Source: Lytechinus pictus
Taxonomy: Eukaryota
Direction: 5' to 3'
Assembly (NCBI RefSeq): GCF_037042905.1
Contig: NC_087251.1
Location: 32,924,001-32,988,000 of the forward strand
DNA: 64,000 nucleotides
The stretch's first letter is position 1; each line of letters starts with the position of its first letter. Both the position numbers and the translations under genes were made by a program. The notes under the pieces are model-generated. The model worked only from the letters and a program-made list of their open reading frames with translations, did no database searches and was not told the origin of the DNA. Of this stretch, positions 51,801-64,000 are shown one piece after another.

Positions 51801-54800
51801 TGCTGCGGATGGGGGTTGGGGAACAGCTGCTTAGGGGTCTGGCCATACGTCTTGATCATGGTCTCAACGGCACGTCTTCGGGTGTGGTCCGTGATGGTAC
51901 GGGTGTCGAGACCAAAGTAGGTCTGTGGGAATAAGAATTAAATAGGAATGAAGACCTTACTGTGTATCAGCACTTAATTCAATTTATAACAATTGTAAGA
52001 GTGGGAAACATTTCCAATGTACAAACTTGCTCTTCTCCTTTTTCTTCAAGCTACACTGCCTCCTTCAATTCTGGGACTCGCTTCATAAAGGACTTACAAC
52101 TATTATGGCAGTGGCAGTTAAGCAATAATGGCAAAGTTTTAAGGTTGTAAACAGACCCCAGGAGATTCTTACAATATTGGAGTACCAGAGACCAGCAGGT
52201 GCAAAACACTGGGTGAACAACCTTCTCTTTACGAATAATGTATTTAATTAAAAATGCACAGGTTGTGACTCTCTCATACTAAAATTAGCATTAACATCTA
52301 TAAAGAGTGCTCTAGCGATGCATCAAAAACACATATTTTGGTCTGCATCAATTGCCCGTGCAGTATCAGAGTGTATCCCTAAAAAGGACCGAAATCCGAC
52401 GAATATCCCATAGGCTCCAGTACGAAATTGCTATTGAATATGAGAGCGTATTCAACAGTTTAATGAGCATGCGCGAATGTGTGAAATATACAAAGCGTAC
52501 AACAATGAGATGTACAGAACAGAGCACAATTATGCTTGATGATGTCATAATGAGCTACATGCAAGTCTCATGTGGAAGACCAACATTGATCCTATGAAGT
52601 GATGATGGCATAATGTGATAAGTGATCTATGACTTGTTCAATCAAATTGCTCTTTAAAAAAAATATTTTCCCAAACTCTTGGAATATTTCTGGTATTCCA
52701 TTCTGAGCCTTCCAATATAATATAATCATTTCTGATAGATGAGTATGTGACAGGTACTTTTACAACTAGAGACAACTCAGCATGATATCTTTCACTTACG
52801 GCAGGATGGAAGACATTGATGGCTTCTACTGCATGCTGCCCATGCTGCTTGTATCCAAAGACTAGGTCCACCCAGCTGTGGAGCTTCTGAGAGACGTAAG
52901 TAGACTCCAGGGCTTGCTTCATGATCTGGACAAAGAGTCTAGCATCATCCTTGGCCCAGGGGGGTAGGATGACGTTGTGCACTGCCTCACCGGACTGACG
53001 GAATCCAAAGTCATAGCCTGTGGAAGGGAAGATGTTGGTTCGGAAAATAAAGTTACGCATCATTGTTGTTTGGAAAAATGTAGAATTCCATCCATTTGGC
53101 ATTGTATGATTGATAAAAGATTTCACAAGATTTGATGCTGTACATGTAAATATGATCCTATTCTGCTCAATTTGTACCAGCATACCAATTATGCTTTGAA
53201 ATACCAACTATCTACAAAAATCTGATAATTTTCAGAACACCAATAATTCTATTCCTCTTCATAAGAAGGGGGGTACTGTCTGATTCCATGAGAAAATGAA
53301 AGGAAAGAACATGGGTTTGATTTTATTTCATCTGCACTTATTAAAGTTTGAAAATTATGTTATACAGACTGAAGTATCAGTAAACTCTTGCTACCTAATA
53401 AATGTTATGTCATAGAACTTAATGACATTTACATAGACAGGAATTATTAACACTGAAATTTATTTAAAAAAAACCCGTGCAATTCCAATATAACATAGAC
53501 CAAATTTACATTGGGAAAAGAGTCATTATCAGAAATCCCAGATATCACCTATCATTTTCAGGGGCAACCTGACGACATACACACATTAGAGTGTTTTTTT
53601 TCAAGAACATCCATTCATTCATTCATTGTTGAAGTTTTATTCTTGTAATGCATTTTTTGCTGCTGCTGTTATTTTGCTATGTGTGCTATTCAAATTTTCT
53701 ATAATCCTTGTCATCCAGACTAACCTTGATTGTTCAAGAGGAACTCAGGGAGGAAGAAGAACTCGGGAATGAGTTCTTTAACATCCGTGGTAGATTGGAA
53801 GGAAGATAGAAACCAAGAGGTCTGGATAGAATGAAACGTCCGGTCCGGGAGATCAAAGTGATTATCTGCAAGTTGGAGATCACACAATTGTTGTAGATAT
53901 GATTTTTATTTATTATTCAATACATATTAAATGCAAAGGTGGTAAAGATAAAGCTACTGTTATAGATAAAGTAAAGAGATTTTGAAAATAGCTATATTCA
54001 TTGATCGTGTGATTAGAGTTCATTTAAAATGAACATTACCTATTGTTGAAGGAGAGGGTGATTGTTGGTGAGCCATGGTCATCATCACCATGATTATCAC
54101 CAACACCACCATCATCGCACAACCATAACGACCATCATCGTAATTGTCAATATCAACGTCACCATCATTATCACCATCACCATCATCATCATCTTTGTAA
54201 TCATCATCATCGTCATCATCATCAGCCAATTATCATCACTATCATCATACAACAATAACCATCATCATCATAATTGACAATGTCAATATCATTGTTGTTG
54301 TCATCATTATCCATCATCATCACCACTATTATCATCATCATCATCATCGTCATCATCATTATCATCATCATCATCATCTTCATCACCATCATCATCATCA
54401 TCGTCATCATCATCCATCATCATTATCCATCATCATCATCATGATCATCACCATCACCAATACCACACACACACAACCATCTTCATTATCTAACTACCAA
54501 CATCACTCTTCATCCAATATCCTTTTGTAAATATATGACCAACCTTGGTAGTGCAGGAACATCTGAGTGAATGGTGGGAGCCTGACAAGGTACTGCAAGA
54601 CTGTGCCACTGTTTGAGTAGTGAGAACCATAGTGGTATGGCGCGATTACCAAGGTGGTTTCCTCTCCCATACGATGATTCTTATCATACTCTTCTTGCAG
54701 GGCCTGTAAGGAACAACAAACATTGGTTTTACACTTGACAATTTCAGCACGTAACTAGCTTTAAGACACTGAATATCAATGAAATGATGTCTCACATATG

Positions 54801-57800
54801 ATATCCTTCTAAAGCAACAGTGTTTTCTTAACCCTTTGACCACAGAATGTAGTAATCCCCTTAGTCTCTGTACAGTGACCAACCGTTCTAGTAGGCAATG
54901 GGTTAAACTGTTGACTACTGACTTTGTAATCCCCAAAGGCTTTGAACGAGGACCACCTGGTTAGAGTGGGCGATGGGTTAAAAGAGAAAGATGGTAAAAG
55001 AAAAGAATGAAATTTGAAGATATCATACATCAATTTTTTTTCATTTAGACTATGGAAACAACTAGATTCTCATTTAACAGTTGGAATAAAATATACATTT
55101 TCAGAACTCCTTCATTTTCCATTTGAATTTCTCTATAGTCAGAAATTGTAACGAAGCTCACTTTGAAATTTTCCTTGTATCTCTCCTCTCTGTCCTTATT
55201 CTGCACTGCCACCGGCTTGGTGAGGTCTCTGAAGTACTTCTCTTTCGTCAAGTCAATCTTCTCATCCACGTAGTTATTCAGGACAAACGGGACGACTGGA
55301 TACTGCATCAGATCGTTGAAGGAGCGACCTCCAAGCTTGTTGAGCTGGGTCAGGTACTCAAAGTTGGTCATCTGGCCCAGTCGCCAGGCCTGAGTGAGGG
55401 CGAGGACACTGTCCACCTCGATCAGGTTAGGCAGGTCCATGGACTTGATCTGTTGGAAGATGTTCTGACGCTCCTGGTGAAGATAAAAAATCAAGTGGTC
55501 TATGAGTCCACATTTCCAATGGGAATGTTCAAGAAAATGTCATATCTGGCAATTTTCCTTCATTTTGAATTGCTGGGGAGATTTGGTATGGTACTACATG
55601 TACAATAACAGCAGGTCGGTTAAAACATCCAACAAGTCTTTTCATGAAATGCTGTCAAAAGAATATTGTTTAGCAATTACGAAACACAATATTTCTAAAA
55701 AGGTCCTTCAGAAATGTTGAATAACAATATCAGCTACTACTACATTAGGCAAAGAGCAGTTCTCCCCCAAAGATCAAATAGCCCTGGTACATTGGAAAAG
55801 TACTTTGATATAAATTTCTACAAAGAGATTCGAAACAAAGTTTAATTGTAATGAGCATGGATGTATGAAATGGAAATTCTGCTCCTTTGCAAACAACTTT
55901 ACAAATTAAATAGTAAATATCCTGAAAATTTACCAAAGCAAATCCTTTCATTGAAATACTGTCATTTGTATCTAAATGCATCTTGTTATGATCTAGTCTT
56001 TCATTTTGTATTTGTAATCAAATGAACTCCTTAAATAATCTGAATGTAATTATATCTTGCTTATCACTGTCAAATGCGTGTCTTTACACTCTATGATTAA
56101 GACGGAAATAAACTCTTACCTCCGTGTTGTCAAAGCTAAGCAGTAGAGTCTTGCCATTGGTTAGGAAAATTTCCAGAGCATTGTCTCTCAACTGATACCA
56201 TCTCAGATGGAGTTCTTTGATCTCATCGTACGTCCACCAGATGGTCATCAGGTCAGTGTCACCCATAGAAACCTAAAGGGTCAAGAATTCAAATGAATAC
56301 AAATAAGGTAATTGCCTGAAATGGACTGTTGCAGAGAAAATGGGAATATATGTAATTGTGGGGAGCATTATTCTTATCATCCACTATTTGAAATCCCCCC
56401 CCCCAAAAAAAAAAGACTTGAGAAGAAAAAAAATATTTAAAGTCAGGTTCATATCTACAATTATAAAAATAAAAAACAATGGGATAGCCATTCCCAAAGC
56501 CTATAGCAGCTCCAAACGTGACATTTATACAGTTATATTACTACTGGAAGATAAAGCAACAGTTGAAGGAAAAGGGGAGGGCTAAATTTAAGCAGAATTG
56601 ACAAGCAGAACCTCTTGCATTTCTGACAAGAAATGATCCGTCAGCGATTGAAAGTCCTGTCCCAATCCTGAGTCTAGATAATAATGAATTTACAAAATAC
56701 AGCCAGTACATTTTCATGAAATGTCTCATTACTTTTCACAGGCAAATCTGCATTCAGCCAATCCAATGCCAGCATTTCAATAGCTTTAGTTGTCAATGAA
56801 AATCAGTACACAATTACTTCCTGAAACGATCCCCTGAAGTGAAAAGAAATTTGCTGGGATAGACTGTACAACAAACCTTAGTGAGACTAGCATCAATGGT
56901 GTTTTTCAGCGGCTCTTCACCAACAAAGTACATGCTGTTATTGCCCAGTAGCAGTTCACCCCTTGTCTCCATAGCCGGTGTGACATTGACACAAGTTGAT
57001 GCAAGACTGCATAGGTGATAGAAAGGATAGGGAGGTGGATCAGTAATGATTGCAGTTGAACATTTTTAGTGATAATAAGCTCTGTTATTCTTTCACAAAA
57101 ACTTCTAGTACAGTAAAAAATCATCTATTTTGACAAAATAAGACTGAGGTGACAATCACTTTAAATGCACAATCAGATGAAAGTTAACAACCTTTCTTGA
57201 AAAAATAAAGTCTTGATAATCTAATGGTTTCTTTCAAATAGAAAGAGCAACTTTGTGCTCAATATTTGCAATTAAACTTTGATTAAAATTTTAAGTACAT
57301 GAATCAATTCTAAATCAATGAAATGAAATGAAGATGTCAAGATATATAGACCCAACTAAAGTACCCCTGACTTGAATTATATCCAACAACTTAGACTACA
57401 CCAATCTCAATTGTTTTATTTATATCATTAATTTATTCACAACTTATGAGTAGGTGAACTCTACCTGATCTTTTCATTCATCTGCAGTCTTCTCTTGAGT
57501 TCTGAAGAGCTTTGAGACTGTGAGCTGCTATCAAAGAGATAGGCCAGCGGTCGAGAGCAGGTCTCCTTGTGTTTGGTTTGCTTCTCAGGTAGAAAGAACT
57601 TCTTAGGGATGAGAAGGTGACATCTCTGGAGTCTCCTCCTCACCCTCCCTGGTCCTTCTGTAGGATCGAGCTGCCAGTGTAACGGGTAGGTCTCAGGGTC
57701 ATACCACACAGCCCTGCAGGTGAATGCAACGTGGGACAAAATAAGCAGTATCAGTTAATGTCAATTTGTGATTATACCAAGGAAGGGGGGGGGGGCAATA

Positions 57801-60800
57801 AAATATTTACTCTCTCAAATCAACAATACACATGGAAAAAATGCTGAACTTCATACTTATAAGCAAAACAAGAAACAGTTTGTTCTGTGATGAGTAGATG
57901 GAGATGAGCGATATTTTGGGGGAGGGAGGGAAGAGGTAGGTGAAGAGGATGAGTGCAGCGGCGAAGATGGAAATTGGCATGGTTGGTGCAGAAAGCAGGT
58001 ATACATGTAGGTGTGAACGTGGGAGCTGTTTAGAGAACCCTAACACAGCACTGGCCAGCCAGAGTAAAGCGTCCATTACTTAAATGGCCAAATCACTGAT
58101 GATCCCTTAGGTACTGCTGAGGACCCGCTGACATCAGTACAATAAGATCTTCTCTGTTTTAAATGTATATTCTTGTATATTTGATGAGCCAGAGGTAAAA
58201 TATATCAAAGTACAAAAATACAAACTACAAAAATACAAACGGCAAATCTTGCTGACCCAGTAAATTTGAATATGTCTGGTATAAATAACAAGTGGAATGC
58301 CTCTGGCCGTCTCACCTGCATCACGCGATTCAATATAGCAGCAGTGCTGATTTTGAAAACCACTATAACTCGCACAAGATGTTCAGTGATACTTGGTTAC
58401 TCTTATTTCCACGTTTTATGAACTAGACCAATACACTTATAGAGATATGATGGCAATTCAACAAATACCCCCAACGTGGCCAAAGTTCTTTGACTTTACA
58501 TGACCTTTGACCTTGATCATGTGACCTGAAACTCGCACAGGATGTTCAGTGATACTTGATTACTATTATGTCCAAGTTTTATGAACTAGACCAACACACT
58601 TTCAAATTTATGGCTGTAATTCAACAAATACCCCAATTTGGCCAAAGTTCATTGACCCTAAATGACCTTTGACCTTGATCATGTGTCCTGAAACTTGCAC
58701 AGGATGTTCAGTAATACTTGATTACTATTATGTCCAAGTTTCATGAATCAGATCCATAAACTCTCAAAGTTATGATGGTAATTCAACAGATACCCCCAAT
58801 TCGGCCAAAGTTCATTGACCCTAAATGACCTTTGACCTTGGTCATGTGATGTGAAACTCATGCAGGATGTTCAGTGATACTTGATTAACCTTATGTATAA
58901 GTTTCATGAACTAGGTCCATATATTTTCTAAGTTATGCTGTCATTTCAAAAACTTAACCTTAGGTTAAGATTTTGATGTTGATTCCCCCAACATGGTCTA
59001 AGTTCATTGACCCTAAATGACCTTTGACCTTGGTCATGTGACATGAAACTCAGGCAGGATGTTCAGTAATACTTGATTAACCTTATGGCCAAGTTTCATG
59101 AACTAGGTCCATATACTTTCTAAGTTATGCTGTCATTTCAAAAACTTAACCTCAGGTTAAGATTTGGTGTTGACGCCGCCGCCGCCGTCGCCGCCGCCGT
59201 CGCCGTCACCGCCGCCGCCGCCGTCGCCGCCGCCGTCGGAAAAGCGGCGCCTATAGTCTCACTCTGCTATGCAGGTGAGACAAAAAGTGAGTAAATCAAG
59301 AGCAATAATTGTCAATGTGAGGGCCTTTTTCTTACCTCTCATGTGTAAGTTGTTCGATGAGATGCTGCCATGCCGTCCTCACATCTAAAGCCGATGACAT
59401 GGCTTGTTTGATGTGCTCCAAGAATTGGAAACGCTGCTTATTCTGGTATTTACCAACAACCTATGATAAAGAAAAGAAAACATCAACATAAGATATTTGC
59501 TTATTACAGAGGTAGAAATATTAAGTACAATGCCATCTTGCAAAAAATGGGCACTCTGCTTTATTACATGTACATGAATGAATCAATAGTAATTTACTCA
59601 TTTAATTTTCATAAAAATACATTAAATAAAAGGGAATTTGCATTTATAACCCCCCATGTACTAATATTATTGGGTATAAAGCATATACATCATAATATAC
59701 ATCATAATCTTTGTTGTCCCTAATCGTAGAAAAGTTTAATTCAAGTGATTGCCTTGTGGATGAAGTGGGGATTTGTGAGCTATCTGGTCGATATATGATG
59801 GGATAAATTTATGGATCTCTTTGAACAAGAAAATGAGGCGACACCCATTCCTCTAGTTTATCGAGATGATAGAGATTCCCATTTCAGTGTACCTGAGTGA
59901 CTTCCATAGCAGAATGAGTAATGTCCCTGGCCATATCATTCATTCTTTGGTTCAATCTGGTTGCTTTCTCTAGACGCTGTTTGTGCCATGCTGACCTAGC
60001 AATATCAAGATCCGTCCAAGTTGTCTTCAAGTCCTGAACAACAAAACAGGAAAAGGAAAATTGTAAGATATACCATTAATTTTCTTCTTCTGCCATCTGT
60101 GCACCTTTGCAGCATCAGATTTCCGATACAAGATTCCTGCTTTCTTTACTCACATAAGATTCTGAAATTATGCTTCAGTCAGTAAACCAGCTAAATGAAA
60201 AATTAAAACGAAGGACTACTCACTGAATGACTGATATGTATGAAGTTGGATTTGGTGAGGGTAACTGGTGAAAGAAATCTAATTGGGTCACTTCACTCTA
60301 TAAAACTGTTTACTATAATGGTATATTTTGTCTTTTGAATAATTTTCACTCTTAATTACACATACATGTAAGTAGTAATTGTCTTAGTGTCTTAGCACTG
60401 GCACAGTTCACACAAAGATCAAATAGGTCAAGTATGTCAATCTACGTTTTACAGGTTACATCCACATGGCGTACCTCTTCTAGACTTTTGATAGCTTGGG
60501 GATCATCCTCATTAGGATTGAAGGACTGGAAGCCACATTCCTTGAGAACATCAACTAGGATCATACCAAACATATGATCTGTTTCCGATAGGTCATCATG
60601 ATGGTTATGAAGCAGGTCATAGAGGTAAAGCTCCAGCTTGCTGGCATATTGCTAGAGTGGAGAAAACAGAATATAACAGATTTTTTTTGGTCTTTTTTGA
60701 ATAACAAGATAAAAAAAAATTGCCTTTCTGGTGTGCGTTATGTATTTGTAAAATTGCAAAACCATTAAAAAAAAATCAAATACATTTGATGCAGATACTC

Positions 60801-60888
60801 ACATTAATAGTTAAGTTACATGAACATGACTATTGTTAGGAGAAAAAGCATGTCTATGTCTATTTCAAGTGAATGACTCGTGTTTACC

Positions 60889-60920
<32 letters not shown>

Positions 60921-63072
60921 CATCACCATCACCATCATATTTTCCATCATCATCACCACCACCACCACCACCACCACCATCATCATCACCATCATATTTT
61001 CCATCATCATCACCACCACCACCACCACCACCATCATCATCATCTTCATCATCATCATCATCATCACCATCACCATCACCATCATCATCATCAACATCAC
61101 CATTATAAACTTCATCCTTGTTATCAATATCATCATCACCATCATCAATACCAAGCGATGATAAAAATCAATATAATTGTCGTTATCATCATCATCATCA
61201 TCTTCATCATCATCATCATCATGATCATCATTGTCATCATCGTCATCACCATCGTCATCAACATTCCCATAGTCACTATAATCATCCTATCGTGACTCGA
61301 CATTGGGTGCTTGTGAGAGCATACCTGCATGCTTGTTTGTAAAACACACTTGAGGATCTGTTTGGACCTGTCAACATGAGCCACTTGCAAAGTAAAAATC
61401 CTTAGGGTCAGGTCTTGAGCTGGTGACATCATATGAACCAAGAGACGAGCTAGCTGAAGCTGAAGGGTCGGTTTTGAGGACCACACGATGCTGTCAAACT
61501 GACGTCGCTTGATGCTAACCTTCTTCTCCTGAAATGAAAACCAAAGTAATTTTGTTTACCATGTACATACAAGAACAGGTAGAATATTCTATTGTATGCT
61601 GTATAAGCTAATATTTTACAATACAATCTCTTTATTTCAAACTTTTCAAACGTTATTAGTCTTCCGACTATGACAGAATATTTTTTTGTAAATGTAGAAT
61701 AAACTGAAAGTGAATTGAATTGAATCTATTGTTAAGACTTCGGTCACATCTGGCAAACCATAGTTGATTAAACCACACATGTAGAAAAGAGTTTAATTTA
61801 AACTAGAGTCTAATTTAATTCAATTCAATTCAAAATGGTTTATTAAAAATACTTTCTTTGTGGGAAAAGCCAAATTGCAAAAATTTACATTTCAAACAAA
61901 TCATCAATAACAAGGTAAAAATAACTTAGTACTACGAAACAAATTTAAATATAGACATACAGTGTATATGCAACAAATTATATCAAATAAATTTAAATCG
62001 ATACTCATTGATGAAATAGGAAACTACACTGTAAAAAATACTAGTAATTTTACGAAGAAAAAACGTAAATTTAAAGGATGTTTACCTTTTAAAAACAGAT
62101 GACACAATGATTTAACAAACCAAACGTATTTATGCAGTGATATGTAACGTAGAATTACAAGTTAAATGTAAAACAAAGTAAAATATAATAATCTTTGTAA
62201 AAATACCAACAAACTTTCGTGTTCGGAGTGGGTCTTACCATGGTGGCACCCATTGATTCAATGAGTAGGTGAAAGAGATCCTTGGTAAGCTGTGTTGAGA
62301 GGTCGTCAGTCAGGCTAATGACTGGACGATAGGATGGGTGTGACAGATCTAATGAATGGAGAAAAAAAAGGAGCTTTACCAGAGTCTACAACCATGGTTA
62401 CATAAAGTACTTTGTGACATGCATGAGTAAGTATTAAATGAGTATGAGCCCCCCCCCCAAAAAAAAAAAAGATAGATTTTCTTTCCACAAATGATTTCTG
62501 GTGCTCATTAGCTCATTATGATTATAGCTTTAAAGTAAAAATCATTAATCATTACATTTCAATTTGTCATCACCACAATCTCCATCACAATTAGGAAGAT
62601 AACAACTTACAACAATCACCACCATCGACCACCAGAACCTCAAATAAAATCCCCATGACCATTCTCATCACCATCTTCCCCTTCCTCCTCACCACCAACC
62701 ACCAATGTGCTGATACCACCAAAATCACCATCATCCTCCTCCTCATCATTGTCATCAACATCACCAACACCATCAACTATATCCTCATCATCATCCTCAT
62801 ACTAATCACCACCACCGCTGCGTCCATCATCAACAGTTATCCTCATCTCCATTCTTACCACTGTTAACAACCAGATTGACAGCTAGCAGACATAGCCTTT
62901 GGAATCTCCTAGCCATCTCCTGCTCCGTGGCCGGCACACCGTCTTTGTTCCCTCCACGTCCAGATCCACCTCGATTCAAGCTATCTACTCTTCTTGATCG
63001 CAGCAAAGACTCCAGATTGCTTGAATAACGACGAGCTTCAATAGAGAACACATTCAATTGATCATTCCCATT
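42709..63072 (-). CDS. LYST: Lysosomal trafficking regulator (Chediak-Higashi/beige protein), 3' portion with PH, BEACH and WD40 domains; 22 exons, ~1230 aa; 5' part outside the window
   Basis: 22 GT-AG exons total 3693 nt in one frame. Motifs [122 protein letters not shown] and [13 protein letters not shown] fit LYST specifically rather than NBEA or WDFY. Confidence 0.95.
43269..43337 (-). CDS. LYST: LYST exon (WD40)
   Basis: tcag|[22 protein letters not shown]|gtcagt. Confidence 0.88.
44132..44330 (+). mobile_element. tRNA-derived SINE
   Basis: GGCGCGATAGCTCAGTCGG (A box) and GGTTTGATTCCC (B box) followed by a non-tRNA body and an A-rich end; no complete cloverleaf. Confidence 0.7.
44576..44765 (-). 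CDS. LYST: LYST exon (WD40)
   Basis: [63 protein letters not shown]|gtacgt. Confidence 0.9.
45508..45614 (-). CDS. LYST: LYST exon (WD40)
   Basis: [35 protein letters not shown]|gtgagt. Confidence 0.9.
46005..46147 (-). CDS. LYST: LYST exon (WD40)
   Basis: [47 protein letters not shown]|gtaatg. Confidence 0.92.
46428..46627. repeat. Near-perfect ~200-bp hairpin, probably the centre of a foldback element spanning ~46205-46795
   Basis: GATGTTTACGTGGCCATCTTGTTCTC..TGTTAGTAGCTA..GCATATAGAG, loop GGCGGCAGA, then CTCTATATGC..TAGCTACTAACA..GAGAACAAGATGGCCACGTAAACATC. Confidence 0.85.
48032..48130 (-). CDS. LYST: LYST exon (WD40)
   Basis: [33 protein letters not shown]|gtaaaa. Confidence 0.9.
48527..48612 (-). 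pseudogene. Partial tandem duplicate of the 3' part of LYST exon 48668-48804, including its donor
   Basis: [28 protein letters not shown]|gtaagt versus [28 protein letters not shown]|gtaaga; 9 differences in 84 nt. Confidence 0.8.
48668..48804 (-). CDS. LYST: LYST exon
   Basis: [45 protein letters not shown]|gtaaga. Confidence 0.9.
49213..49866. mobile_element. Non-autonomous Tc1-family element
   Basis: TA|CAGTTGAGGCCAAAAGTTTACATACACCCA ... TGGGTGTATGTAACCTTCTGGCCTCAACTG|TA. Confidence 0.88.
49923..50112 (-). CDS. LYST: LYST exon
   Basis: [63 protein letters not shown]|gtatgt. Confidence 0.9.
50817..51606 (-). mobile_element. Helentron/DINE-1-like element, copy 2 (3 full cores)
   Basis: AACAAGTGGAATGCCTCTGGCCGTCTCACCTGCAT ... 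(GCC)n GTCGGAAAAGCGGCGCCTATAGTCTCACTCTGCTATGCAGGTGAGACAA. Confidence 0.82.
51677..51922 (-). CDS. LYST: LYST exon (BEACH end)
   Basis: [40 protein letters not shown]...DKGLFR|gtgagt. Confidence 0.92.
52800..53017 (-). CDS. LYST: LYST exon (BEACH)
   Basis: [28 protein letters not shown]...[25 protein letters not shown]|gtaagt. Confidence 0.95.
53725..53865 (-). CDS. LYST: LYST exon (BEACH)
   Basis: [46 protein letters not shown]|gttagt. Confidence 0.95.
54079..54515. repeat. Imperfect (CAT/CAC)n microsatellite
   Basis: Long degenerate ATC/ACC triplet run. Confidence 0.9.
54544..54703 (-). CDS. LYST: LYST exon (BEACH)
   Basis: [53 protein letters not shown]|gttggt. Confidence 0.95.
55162..55473 (-). 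CDS. LYST: LYST exon (BEACH start)
   Basis: [17 protein letters not shown]...[30 protein letters not shown]...RYKENFK|gtgagc. Confidence 0.95.
56120..56272 (-). CDS. LYST: LYST exon (PH-BEACH)
   Basis: [51 protein letters not shown]|gtaaga. Confidence 0.94.
56877..57006 (-). CDS. LYST: LYST exon (PH)
   Basis: [43 protein letters not shown]|gtttgt. Confidence 0.9.
57465..57713 (-). CDS. LYST: LYST exon
   Basis: [39 protein letters not shown]...LQMNEKI|gtagag. Confidence 0.93.
58287..59283 (-). mobile_element. Helentron/DINE-1-like element, copy 3 (4 full cores)
   Basis: Nearly identical ends to copy 2, with one extra core repeat and a longer (GCC)n tract. Confidence 0.82.
59336..59460 (-). 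CDS. LYST: LYST exon
   Basis: [41 protein letters not shown]|gtaaga. Confidence 0.9.
59893..60033 (-). CDS. LYST: LYST exon
   Basis: [47 protein letters not shown]|gtacac. Confidence 0.88.
60475..60651 (-). CDS. LYST: LYST exon
   Basis: [59 protein letters not shown]|gtacgc. Confidence 0.88.
60887..61290. repeat. Imperfect (CAT/CAC)n microsatellite
   Basis: Long ATC/ACC triplet runs; source of the poly-His, poly-Met and poly-Ser ORFs. Confidence 0.92.
61325..61528 (-). CDS. LYST: LYST exon
   Basis: [45 protein letters not shown]...CVLQTSMQ|gtatgc. Confidence 0.9.
62239..62348 (-). CDS. LYST: LYST exon
   Basis: [36 protein letters not shown]|gtaaga; phases match both neighbouring exons. 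Confidence 0.82.
62566..62850. repeat. Highly degenerate (CAT/CAC/CCT)n tract
   Basis: Decayed triplet microsatellite. Confidence 0.7.
62859..63072 (-). CDS. LYST: LYST exon (most 5' exon found in the window)
   Basis: tagtag|[36 protein letters not shown]...[22 protein letters not shown]|gtaaga. Confidence 0.82.
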
Positions 63073-64000
63073 CTACTACAGAATTGAAATGTGCATTGCT
63101 AGGCAACATAACTGCATCCCCAAGCACTCTGTCATTATGATTTCAGATTCAGATATTTTTATTGTTCACAATGCAATCAGGTACAAATGGAAATTCAATT
63201 TGTTCACACAAAATAATTTACAATGTCATATGATACACACAAAGTAATCATTATACAATCCAGCAAACAAAGATAAGAGAAATTAAGTTAAAGGCACAAG
63301 GGGGGGTAATATAATTTCAAGTATGGCCATTAAATGTACAGATTGAAACAGGAACAAAAGAATTAACGAAGCATGAGGTTCTGCCAGGAAGTAATCTCAG
63401 ACGTTTGCCTGACCTCATCAAATTATTATAACTCTAATCTTTCTCAAACAAAAGGATTGGACTATTGTTAATGTTAACAGCAGCATCACTAAAATTATTT
63501 TTGAAGTTGTTTTGTGACAATCTGACACATCTCTGTACAAAAGACCATAAATCAAGAAAAAGGGTGAAAAAGACATGGCCTTTGAGCCTTTGCAATACAA
63601 GAAGATGAGGGCAGCATTTTCAACAAGAATATTTAAGTAGATTGTATGAACTACCGTAATATCACTAGGGCAACAAATCATCATATCTACAATCAGGTTT
63701 GTTTTTTAAGACTAGATAATCTATCAAATGATGTTCTGTCCAAATATATGCATGTCCATCTGTCTCTGTCTCTCTCTCCCATTTCTCAATACAATCAAAG
63801 TCATTACACCATGTCAAAGTGTTCTCTCCTAAATAGTTGACCTATTTTGAGATATGAGATTTCCTCGCCCAGCAACGATATGGAATATGCATCTTTAAAG
63901 CCATACAAAAAAACTACAAAGTAATAGACACAGAATACATAAGGCACAATATAAATCCAGAATATTACACTCCTGATTATAACAAGCATCATCCATGTAT

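Noticed and set aside
55123..55608. 161-aa plus-strand ORF (also 51690-51920 and 44542-44769)
   Set aside because: Antisense shadows of LYST exons.
54020..61342. Poly-His, poly-Met, poly-Asp and poly-Ser ORFs at 54.0-54.4 kb and 60.8-61.3 kb
   Set aside because: Translations of intronic (CAT/CAC)n microsatellites.

Overview
Eukaryotic (metazoan) genomic DNA; repeat types and gene structure suggest a marine deuterostome such as a sea urchin, which is inference only. Bases 1-16978 are the edge of a ~186-bp satellite array (~90 monomers) with phased A-tracts and nested higher-order duplications; all ORFs there are repeat artefacts. A spliced + strand gene (21925-32851, 9 coding exons, 329 aa as reconstructed) encodes a STIP1/HOP co-chaperone with TPR2A-TPR2B-DP2 but apparently no TPR1-DP1 module. 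A convergent - strand gene (22 coding exons in the window, 63072-42709, ~1230 aa, 5' part outside the window) is the PH-BEACH-WD40 end of LYST. Its last ~50 codons are tandemly copied about 5 more times into the presumed 3' UTR, and part of one internal exon is duplicated with its donor. Introns and intergenic DNA hold non-autonomous transposons: hAT, Tc1/mariner, Kolobok-like, SINE/LINE remnants, long palindromic elements, and three Helentron/DINE-like copies whose core repeats carry dense nuclear-receptor half-site arrays. I see no convincing new multi-gene system; the best leads are the truncated HOP, the LYST C-terminal repeat array, the receptor-motif-bearing element and the satellite architecture. 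Exon boundaries were read by hand from GT-AG sites and frame continuity.
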